IMG/VR virus record: IMGVR_UViG_3300020455_000016
Location: 1-58,617 of that record
Strand: one strand, 5' to 3'
Source of the DNA: a virus
Taxonomy: Duplodnaviria > Caudoviricetes
DNA length: 58,617 nucleotides
Made by a program: the position numbers and the translations under genes. Each line of letters starts with the position of its first letter. Position 1 is the first letter of the stretch. Below, piece by piece: positions 8,046 through 16,056 of the stretch. The notes beneath the pieces are model-generated. The model had not been told where the DNA came from and did no database searches. It saw only the letters and a list, made by a program, of their open reading frames with translations.

Positions 8046-8111
8046 GTGGAAGATGGGTCACAGATCGATCTGACCAGCATTGCTGGCGTTACCCTGTAGT
8101 ATCTCTTCCAC
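8046..8111 (-). ncRNA. Structured RNA candidate 4 (three-way junction)
   Basis: GUGGAAGA/UCUUCCAC and GGGUAAC/GUGACCC stems with hairpins GCCAGC-AAU-GCUGGU and CAGAUCGAUCUG; starts at the predicted start site of promoter 6. Confidence 0.55.
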
Positions 8112-8117
8112 CCTTTT

Positions 8118-8174
8118 AATATAGCAACAAAAATGACCATTGGGTGAAATGGTGGACACTTTGTTGACTGTCCT
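8118..8174 (-). promoter_or_regulatory. Early promoter 6
   Basis: gtggacactttgttgactgtcct at 8152-8174; -10 TATATT at 8118-8123, 28 bp away. Confidence 0.75.
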
Positions 8175-8298
8175 AATCAGCATACTCATATTCCAGCATG
8201 ACCATACTACAAGCATGTGCCTCTATAATACTGTCATCTTCATCAGGATGCTCATCATAATATTTTAACTCGTTAGCAATATATTCTTCCCAAGTCAT
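8173..8298 (-). CDS. Small acidic hypothetical protein (41 aa)
   Basis: MTWEEYIANELKYYDEHPDEDD...; AGGT ribosome-binding site and TATGAT -10 upstream. Confidence 0.5.
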   Translation of the reverse strand: MTWEEYIANELKYYDEHPDEDDSIIEAHACSMVMLEYEYAD

Positions 8299-8366
8299 AA
8301 TGAACACCTTTGAAGTACAATACTATTTTATCATACTTATTGTGTTTTATTAAGAAATCTTAACAA

Positions 8367-8603
8367 TTAATCAATAATGTCATCACCTAGTTTCCACCCA
8401 AAACGCCCTGAACTGCCTTCTTCTCTGTTCTCCATAGTTTCAAGTAGATCATGGACACTTATCAGATTGTCTATGTTGTGCATCATTTTACCAATGTGCA
8501 TGTTAATATATGGTTTCTCGGATCTGGCAGCAAACGCTAACGCATTTCTTAAACTCTCTTGTGCCTCTCTTAATGAGGTCTCAACTTGTTCTGATAGTGC
8601 CAT
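8367..8603 (-). CDS. Conserved cyanophage hypothetical protein
   Basis: MALSEQVETSLREAQESLRNALAFAARSEKP...; directly after a consensus promoter. Confidence 0.8.
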   Translation of the reverse strand: MALSEQVETSLREAQESLRNALAFAARSEKPYINMHIGKMMHNIDNLISVHDLLETMENREEGSSGRFGWKLGDDIID

Positions 8604-8626
8604 TAGATATATTTTAATTATATAAT

Positions 8627-8655
8627 ATTATACCATCAATTCACATTGATGTCAA
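8627..8655 (-). promoter_or_regulatory. Sigma70-type promoter
   Basis: TTGACA-17 bp-TATAAT, perfect consensus. Confidence 0.85.
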
Positions 8656-8816
8656 TTAGCGTGTAGTATAATATTCTTCTACTAATTCTATTATGTTAGA
8701 TGATATTGTACTTGCTGAATCATCATCCCAGTCACTCTCACCTAGAGTGTGACCCATACTGTAAACTTCATACAATTTCTGGTTGATATTATCAACCAAC
8801 ATGTCGTAATTTTGCA

Positions 8817-9008
8817 TTATTTTATACTAGCGTGTACCTCGTTGAGATTATACTTATCAACAATCTTTTCAATAGTATGTAGCAACTTGTGAATACGATT
8901 TCGCTTTCTCCATTGTTTCCATGCTTCAATACTCATCATAGATCTCCACATAGGGTCACTAATAATGAGAAATAATAATATTGCTGCTATGTCAATTGTT
9001 ATGAGCAT
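8817..9008 (-). CDS. Small membrane-anchored hypothetical protein
   Basis: 63-aa ORF with an N-terminal hydrophobic stretch. Confidence 0.6.
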   Translation of the reverse strand: MLITIDIAAILLFLIISDPMWRSMMSIEAWKQWRKRNRIHKLLHTIEKIVDKYNLNEVHASIK

Positions 9009-9047
9009 TGATCTCTTTTTTTAACTATCTATATGTTTAATGTTTGC

Positions 9048-9254
9048 TTAATCATTATTTGGGTATGACATATTGTATGCTAAATCAACAATAGTATCAC
9101 GAATTTCCATTAATTCATTATAACATTTCTGATTATGTGCACAACTTCGTAGATGATTATCGGGTTTAATTAGCGACTCTATAAATATCGCTTTGGCACG
9201 ATTCCATCTCTCTAATTGTGATTCATTTTCTTCTAAAGTATTCTGATCTTTCAT
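9048..9254 (-). CDS. Conserved cyanophage hypothetical protein
   Basis: ESLIKPDNHLRSCAHNQKCYNELMEIRD motif. Confidence 0.75.
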   Translation of the reverse strand: MKDQNTLEENESQLERWNRAKAIFIESLIKPDNHLRSCAHNQKCYNELMEIRDTIVDLAYNMSYPNND

Positions 9255-9408
9255 AATTTGAGGTAAATCTTATTATATAGGAGACATAATATCAATATTA
9301 TATCACATTTTTCCATTCATTTTCTTATATAATCATTAAACAAATAGAACCAAATTAGAAATAATATCATTATACTAAATATTCTAATATTTTCCCAATT
9401 AATAACAA

Positions 9409-9567
9409 TCACAACAAAATAACACCAATTATTAATCCTTTAGCAAATGAAATACAAAGTAATTGATAATCGGTTAGATTAAACTTCTTCTGGAATTTAG
9501 AAACGAGATTTCTATCCCATGCGACAACCTTATCAAAGATTTCCTGTGTTTTATCGGGCAATCCCAT
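9409..9567 (-). CDS. Small membrane protein (52 aa)
   Basis: MGLPDKTQEIFDKVVAWDRNLVSKFQKKFNLTDYQLLCISFAKGLIIGVILL; late promoter AATAAATA at 9590-9597. Confidence 0.65.
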   Translation of the reverse strand: MGLPDKTQEIFDKVVAWDRNLVSKFQKKFNLTDYQLLCISFAKGLIIGVILL

Positions 9568-9629
9568 TTTTCTGAAAAAGTGAAAAAACTATTTATTCAA
9601 CTTTTTCAAAAAGCAAGAAAACTTAAAAA

Positions 9630-10640
9630 TCAAGTTTTATAACTTAATCCAGTTTCTGTGTATTCAGCATATACTATAGTTGTTTCTCTCAAATCTACTT
9701 CGTCTTTGACGAATGTTCTGTCTTCTTCGCAGTGTTCGAATTTGTCATAGCATATCCTGCTACAAATAATGTCAACGAGAGTACCGTCGCTAGAGAATAC
9801 ATACTGCAAGTTAATTTTGAAATCAGCACTGGGTCTTCCTATTGATTGGTAGATGTTATCTATTATATAATTACTCTGCTCGGATGTCAACAAATTGTAA
9901 CGATCAAACCCAAACAAATGTCTCTTCACACCCTGATAGAATGATGGTTTGATCTTATTCATCATCATATCCTCACCAGTCATCTCCTTAAATGCTGTCT
10001 TCTCGTATTGTTTCATACCACTAATGATTCGTGGATATTTCAAATCCATATCATATATCACCTTGTCAGGACAGATAGTTAACTGACTACCTACATGCAT
10101 CTTATTTCTTGTGCTATAATCATTCAATTCTAATAAGAGTGAACTATTGTATGATGATAGATCATATGTCTTGGCAACAACAGTAATACCATTTGCTGTA
10201 CCATACTGGTCATGGGTCATACCACGCAAACGTGTACCAGTTGGTCCCCTTTCGTTGACACTCACAGCATTTTCTATTTTTTCCCACACATCATTCAAAT
10301 GTTTTGTGTTTGTTCCTTTGATATAATGTGACTTCTCTCTACGTAGTATGTCATATGAGAGATCGAACCTACTAACGTATGATTTTATTGCATTTTCATT
10401 TGTATGGATGATACCAAGTCTCTTGTACTCATTTTTAATTGTGTCCCTAGACTTCATTGTGTACTGCCAATCAAGCACTTTGTTCAAATTCTGCTTGGTA
10501 ACAGTGGATATTGTACTAGGATTGTATTGTGTATCAACCAATGGTGTATATAACCACGGCATTTCAGAATACTCATCCAACTCTGTTTGAGTAAGAAGAC
10601 TATATCTCTTATGAAATGTATAGGTGTCAGAGAATATCAT
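9630..10640 (-). CDS. Hypothetical protein at the end of the tail-fibre operon
   Basis: 336-aa ORF with ATGA coupling; no motif recognised. Confidence 0.8.
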   Translation of the reverse strand: MIFSDTYTFHKRYSLLTQTELDEYSEMPWLYTPLVDTQYNPSTISTVTKQNLNKVLDWQYTMKSRDTIKNEYKRLGIIHTNENAIKSYVSRFDLSYDILRREKSHYIKGTNTKHLNDVWEKIENAVSVNERGPTGTRLRGMTHDQYGTANGITVVAKTYDLSSYNSSLLLELNDYSTRNKMHVGSQLTICPDKVIYDMDLKYPRIISGMKQYEKTAFKEMTGEDMMMNKIKPSFYQGVKRHLFGFDRYNLLTSEQSNYIIDNIYQSIGRPSADFKINLQYVFSSDGTLVDIICSRICYDKFEHCEEDRTFVKDEVDLRETTIVYAEYTETGLSYKT

Positions 10641-10993
10641 TCGTTAGAATCTATAACTTGTCCTTGATCATTAAACAATGCATAATATATGTACATCTCT
10701 GGATCATCAGCAACTTGTGCTTGTGATTCAGGAAATGTATCAGTAAGAAACTGTTGAATGTCACTCAACTCATCCAACACAGTAACATGCCACTCACCAG
10801 TAATCAGTTGATCATACATGTCTGTTGGGACAGTATTAATATAAATTGCTCTTGATGCATTTATCTTATCAACATCATTACTATTACTCCACCCAGTAGT
10901 ACGAAGGAATAATACAGGTTGTTGTATACTTGCAGCATACCTACCAATAGCAGTCTCTAGATCATATACTTGATAGTTTGTACTAATAGTCAT
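10637..10993 (-). CDS. Hypothetical protein in the tail-fibre operon
   Basis: 118-aa ORF, tightly packed. Confidence 0.8.
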   Translation of the reverse strand: MTISTNYQVYDLETAIGRYAASIQQPVLFLRTTGWSNSNDVDKINASRAIYINTVPTDMYDQLITGEWHVTVLDELSDIQQFLTDTFPESQAQVADDPEMYIYYALFNDQGQVIDSNE

Positions 10994-10995
10994 AG

Positions 10996-11967
10996 TTATT
11001 CTCCAAGATTATCAAATTCTTCTTGAGTATAAAGTTTACTATAATCTATACCACCAGCAACCATATCCTCTAGTTTCATTTTTTTCATAAATGTTCTCAA
11101 TTCTGCAGTAACAATCTGTGAACTATCCTTGTACCTTTCACGTAATTCATTCATAGCAAGTAATCTATTGTTCCAAACATCTGTTGCTGCTTCATTTGGA
11201 GTTTCTACCCACTGCTTTGTATCATCTGCTTTAAGATATTCAACAGCATTACCACCAGCATCTTGACCGTTAGGATATTCTGTGCGATATGTTTTAGGAT
11301 CAATTGGCCACTTCATTGTACATACATCTTTAAAGAAATCCATTGGTGTAGTAAACTCTTGTGGTTTCTTTATCAGTAATGATCTTACCTCTGCTCTATA
11401 TTTCTTCCACTCATCCTTCTCACCAGTATAACTATCATCTATGTCAGGTAAAACTCTCCAATCACATGCCTGTAACATCTGTTCTTTCTGTCTTTTCTTC
11501 TTACCATAAGTTTGATCAAAGAATAATAGTTCTTCATCAACTTTATTGGTCATCTGGATAGTTTCTACCTCCTCGATCCACTTTAGTGTATCAAGAAACA
11601 TAGTTATATTGTTCCTAAACTCAAGTATTTCATCTTGACCTGGAGCAGTAAATTGATATGACTCATAATAATTTGATTTAGTTTCAAAACTATACTTCAA
11701 TTTCCTACGTTGTGCAAAGCATGAATTATCAGTATAAAATATAACTGTTTCTAATTCATCCTTACCAGGATCATGCCAGTATGAACCAGCAACATCTGTT
11801 AAGAACTTTTCTTTCATACCAGTTTTAAAGGTATACTTCGGCACATGATATCTAACTATTTTAGTATTTGTGCTTGGTGCTGGAAGGAGAAACATCTTAT
11901 TGTGACATATTGCTATCTCATTGATGAAGTCAACTTCAAGCATTGATTCTCTTGTTACTACTGCCAT
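10996..11967 (-). CDS. Protein with a tail-fibre assembly chaperone-like domain
   Basis: MLQACDWRVLPD...EWKKYRAEVR...WPIDP resembles the L..SDW..LPD...W..YR..LRD...WP..P chaperone motif. Confidence 0.65.
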   Translation of the reverse strand: MAVVTRESMLEVDFINEIAICHNKMFLLPAPSTNTKIVRYHVPKYTFKTGMKEKFLTDVAGSYWHDPGKDELETVIFYTDNSCFAQRRKLKYSFETKSNYYESYQFTAPGQDEILEFRNNITMFLDTLKWIEEVETIQMTNKVDEELLFFDQTYGKKKRQKEQMLQACDWRVLPDIDDSYTGEKDEWKKYRAEVRSLLIKKPQEFTTPMDFFKDVCTMKWPIDPKTYRTEYPNGQDAGGNAVEYLKADDTKQWVETPNEAATDVWNNRLLAMNELRERYKDSSQIVTAELRTFMKKMKLEDMVAGGIDYSKLYTQEEFDNLGE

Positions 11968-12666
11968 CTATTTCTCTCCAGATTTAATATACCATCCTGT
12001 CAATATATATTTATCTTTGTCGCCACATAGTAATCCACCTCTATGTGTATGAGTAAAACCAGCAGGCCAAACAACTACAGTACCTTGTGTTGGTTTAATT
12101 CTTCTCTTTTGATATAGAAATTCGGTCTCCCCTCCATCATCCACATCATTTAAATATATCATCCATACTATATCTCTTTGATGAAAATAGTATGATCCAT
12201 TCTCGTGATGCCATACATGATACCCACCACCAGGTTTTGTTCTTTGTAACTTAATATCTGATGATAAGAAACCTATCTTTGCTAATACACTATAATAATC
12301 AATATAATGTGTCACACATGATTTAAGAAATTGATTGGTTTGTGTAGTCCAACCAGAATCAGTATAATTTAATAGAAATGATTCATCTTCACGATTATGC
12401 TTACCATTGTACATAGATGCACCATTCATGTACATCACTTCATTACTTTGATCAGTTGCAACTGGCAGTACATCAGTAATTTGTGGATCTATCTTATCAG
12501 ATAATTTCTGATCAAGCATAGCATCACCATATTTTATTATATTATCACACCATGGTTTAGGTACAAAACCTTCCCATACACCAATAAAGTCATCAAAAGA
12601 TGCTTTAGTCAACTTATCATCCTTCATCAAGTTGAGAGGACGATAAGGTGTCAATTTTTCTGTCAT
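11968..12666 (-). CDS. 2OG-Fe(II) oxygenase
   Basis: GGGYHVWHHE, WMIYLNDVDDGGETEF, WPAGFTHTHRG and KYILTGW motifs. Confidence 0.9.
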   Translation of the reverse strand: MTEKLTPYRPLNLMKDDKLTKASFDDFIGVWEGFVPKPWCDNIIKYGDAMLDQKLSDKIDPQITDVLPVATDQSNEVMYMNGASMYNGKHNREDESFLLNYTDSGWTTQTNQFLKSCVTHYIDYYSVLAKIGFLSSDIKLQRTKPGGGYHVWHHENGSYYFHQRDIVWMIYLNDVDDGGETEFLYQKRRIKPTQGTVVVWPAGFTHTHRGGLLCGDKDKYILTGWYIKSGEK

Positions 12667-12668
12667 AA

Positions 12669-15600
12669 TTAAAATGCTTTAATAATATATTTTACTTTAT
12701 GGAATTTATTAACTAACTCAACCTTTCTGTTAGGATGGAATGCTACATTAGGTGCAGGTAGTTTCGTACCCTTATTTAGGGTGAAAGTACCAGTGTTTAA
12801 TTCTATATTTACATCCGATTGAGTGAATGTAACTGGTCTAGTTGTAGCAGCAGCAGTACCAAGTCCTTGCTTATGTCCTGCACCACCTATATTACCATAA
12901 CCATAATCAGTTGTTGGATCTGTTAATGGGAAATCAGACAAGTAATGACTATGCTTCTCAACTGTTGAAGTTGTATCCTCAAGCATTACAGGTGGTTCAT
13001 ATGGTGATATTCTAAATGTAGATGATTCTGTATCAATACAAGCAACTACTTTAGCATTCCATACACTATATGGGAATGATTGATTTACCGAGTTTTCTGT
13101 TGTAGTACCTGCAGTACCTGTTAGTAATCCCTGTGCTGCTGTCTGCTGTGAATAAACTGCAGTTAAATTATTAGAATCTAAATTGGTAAAGTATTCATCT
13201 TTAACAGAGTCACCTGGATTAACCCACCATGTATTTGCTTTTAAAGTTGCACCTACAAATCTATTATTATTCTCATCTATTGGTGCTATCATATCATCTA
13301 CGATTTGTTCAAGAGTATCAATACTAGTACTGAATATTTTATCCCATTCTGTTTCGAAATTCGGCATCGCAGCTCCGAGATACTGCAACCACTTGTCCCT
13401 CTGCTCCTCTTTATACTCTTGTGATGAATCTCCAATATCTTCAGTAGAGTCAGGATCATTATAATACAGGTTGTTATACACCTGACCAATATCCCATGGA
13501 TATGGCAACTCTGTTGGATATGCATGACGACCTAATGTATCACCTATCCATTGGTTAACAGAACTCTCATTATTTTCGAACTTATACGGAGTATAACCAA
13601 ATAATGCTTTCTGATTCCATGCAATTAAAGGTTCACCCCCAAAAGCATCTGAAACAGCAGCAACATAAAAATGACTGTGTGCTGGTACATTTACCTGCAC
13701 ATCAGACAATGGTCCAACTGTTGCAGTAACATCACCAACAATCTCAAATTCTATATCTACAACAATATCTTCATTTGTTATAGTTCTTACTGTACCAAAG
13801 TTAAAAAAGTCACTGCTTATACCTGATGATCCACCTTCATCACCTACTATCTGCTGATATGGATTGGGGTCACCTGCAGTTACATCAACATCATCAACAT
13901 ACCAATATCCACCAATACCACCTGCTTCTCTAGCATTAAATGTTTTACTAGGATGTATTCCAGTATCTATTGGTAATATAGTTGATGATCCTTTATTACC
14001 ATCTACCTGACCAGGACCAACCATCCTTCTATTTCTATAATCTGGTACTCTAAACTTACCAGAATATACTTTAGTAGTGTTATCCCATGCACCAAATGTA
14101 GATGTATCATCACCAGTTTTAGCATAGTTATTCTTAATAACCCACCATAAATCAGGGAAGTCAGCAACATTATACTCTGAACCATCACAATCCAAATAAC
14201 CAGGATACTTTGCATCTAACCTACCTTTAACAGTAGATCCTTTCAGTTCACCATACTGTTTCATTGGATCTTGATCACTTGCATCAGTTGGATCTTTTAA
14301 TATTGGTAGAACTGTACCAATAGCATATCCATCCTCTTTACTCTGTCTAATGACACCTTGACCACCGCCTGACATGTCAACAAATGCAGTCTTCTTACTG
14401 TACCATGCTCCCTTAAGTTCTGGTGGTGGTGGAACAACAGCATAATTTGTAGCACCCCATGTGAATGGATTATTTGTACTACCAGTACCAACTGTTACAG
14501 TTGTTGTTGTTTGTCCTGATAAACCACCAGCAGTTGTTAATTGTAATTGGAAGGAACTATTTTGTGTAGGATCAAATGTTACTGGTCCTGCTACAAATGC
14601 ACCAAAATCAACAGATATCTTTGCATAATTAGTAGCATTGATAGTAATAGGTCTATTAATACTACCTTGTAATATTGGTACGATACTACTAACAACAGGA
14701 GTATTTGGAGCAGTATTTGTTAAACTCTGTGGTGGTGTGAAACTAGCATCAGTATCTGGTCCAGTATTCGTAGTAATAGTCCATGGTATTATCTCTCTAG
14801 TACCTACCTTAATGGTAGTAGAAACCACACCACTAAATGTAGCACTAGATTTATTTCTTATTTGTATCTTATCACCAAGTACAACTGATGCAGGAAATAT
14901 TCCCCAACTAGACCACGCACCATCATGTTGTATTCTAACACCTGGTTCTGAACCAGTTGTATCTAATAAGATAACATCAACTGATACATCAGTACCAAGA
15001 TCAGTAATACCACTAGGAGGTTGTTGATCAGATTCAATTAAAAAATCTTCTATCTGATTAATTTTATTGGAAAATATAAAATTAGCAGGAGTTTCTGATG
15101 GTAAATCACCTGTCTCAACTCTCCATGGAACTGGCAAGTTACCAGCACCACTACCAATGGTAACTTGATTTGTAATAGCAGTATTAGCAGTTGGTGATGT
15201 TGTCACCATCAACTGTATCCATTGACCATTAGTAATAGTAGGATTAGTTGAAGAATCAACAAATGTTACTCCAGATAATACACTAAACCCATCATCATTT
15301 GTACTATAAGCACCAGTAGTTGATATACCAATCTTTGCACCATTATCAGTAGATACTATTCCAAAATCAGACATACCCTGAATCAATACTCTATTACTAT
15401 AAACATCAGTATCTAATGGTTGATCTTCTAAAATACCATAATCTGGTTCTGGATTAGGGTAATTTGGTGGTGGAACTTTAGTATTAATAGTCCACTTCTC
15501 TGTCCTTGTACCAACTCTTAAATCAGCATAATAACTCAACCCTCCATTAGGGTTAGACTTTAATCTTAATTGTAATTGATCAGTATTTTGTACCAACCAA

Positions 15601-16025
15601 CCACTTGGTATAGACCAAGCACTCCACAACATCTCACCAGGTACCTGCCCCCCTAATCTTGGTCTCTTACGTCTTACTGATACCTCACTAGCAGTTGGAT
15701 TTGTATGCGAAGATGTTAATGCTACTCCAACTTCTGTGTCATCTGTCAGACCACTAACAGTAACAATAGTTTCTCCTACCCTATTACCATCACCATATGT
15801 GTAAAGAGTATCTGGATCTGCGTCATCTAATGTTGTGAATGGAAATGGATTTGGAGCAAAGTCTGCAGGAACTGTGCTGATATACCATACAGTATTTTGT
15901 AGACCAATTAGAACATTTACACTTGTAGTACTATCCCACGCTGAAGGTGCCTTAAACCTAAAGCGAACGGTCTGTCCCTCGCTGACATATACTGGTGAAT
16001 TTCCAAATTGATACGAATTAGTCAT
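12669..16025 (-). CDS. Tail fibre / virion structural protein with tail-collar domain
   Basis: Repeated Ig-like modules, then GYAIGTV...GYLDCDGSEY...FPDLW...FRVPDYR (collar); ends YIIKAF. Confidence 0.8.
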   Translation of the reverse strand: MTNSYQFGNSPVYVSEGQTVRFRFKAPSAWDSTTSVNVLIGLQNTVWYISTVPADFAPNPFPFTTLDDADPDTLYTYGDGNRVGETIVTVSGLTDDTEVGVALTSSHTNPTASEVSVRRKRPRLGGQVPGEMLWSAWSIPSGWLVQNTDQLQLRLKSNPNGGLSYYADLRVGTRTEKWTINTKVPPPNYPNPEPDYGILEDQPLDTDVYSNRVLIQGMSDFGIVSTDNGAKIGISTTGAYSTNDDGFSVLSGVTFVDSSTNPTITNGQWIQLMVTTSPTANTAITNQVTIGSGAGNLPVPWRVETGDLPSETPANFIFSNKINQIEDFLIESDQQPPSGITDLGTDVSVDVILLDTTGSEPGVRIQHDGAWSSWGIFPASVVLGDKIQIRNKSSATFSGVVSTTIKVGTREIIPWTITTNTGPDTDASFTPPQSLTNTAPNTPVVSSIVPILQGSINRPITINATNYAKISVDFGAFVAGPVTFDPTQNSSFQLQLTTAGGLSGQTTTTVTVGTGSTNNPFTWGATNYAVVPPPPELKGAWYSKKTAFVDMSGGGQGVIRQSKEDGYAIGTVLPILKDPTDASDQDPMKQYGELKGSTVKGRLDAKYPGYLDCDGSEYNVADFPDLWWVIKNNYAKTGDDTSTFGAWDNTTKVYSGKFRVPDYRNRRMVGPGQVDGNKGSSTILPIDTGIHPSKTFNAREAGGIGGYWYVDDVDVTAGDPNPYQQIVGDEGGSSGISSDFFNFGTVRTITNEDIVVDIEFEIVGDVTATVGPLSDVQVNVPAHSHFYVAAVSDAFGGEPLIAWNQKALFGYTPYKFENNESSVNQWIGDTLGRHAYPTELPYPWDIGQVYNNLYYNDPDSTEDIGDSSQEYKEEQRDKWLQYLGAAMPNFETEWDKIFSTSIDTLEQIVDDMIAPIDENNNRFVGATLKANTWWVNPGDSVKDEYFTNLDSNNLTAVYSQQTAAQGLLTGTAGTTTENSVNQSFPYSVWNAKVVACIDTESSTFRISPYEPPVMLEDTTSTVEKHSHYLSDFPLTDPTTDYGYGNIGGAGHKQGLGTAAATTRPVTFTQSDVNIELNTGTFTLNKGTKLPAPNVAFHPNRKVELVNKFHKVKYIIKAF

Positions 16026-16056
16026 TTCTTATCTATTAGTATCGTATCTATTTATG

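Noticed and set aside
2197-8174. Repeated 23-bp palindrome as a CRISPR array
   Set aside because: Copies are hundreds to thousands of bp apart, degenerate and tied to -10 boxes; there is no regular spacer structure or cas operon.
8342-8368. GTTAAGAT-TT-CTTAATAA as a Pho box or HLR1 site
   Set aside because: The spacing does not fit a Pho box and the HLR1 match has several mismatches; too weak in AT-rich DNA.
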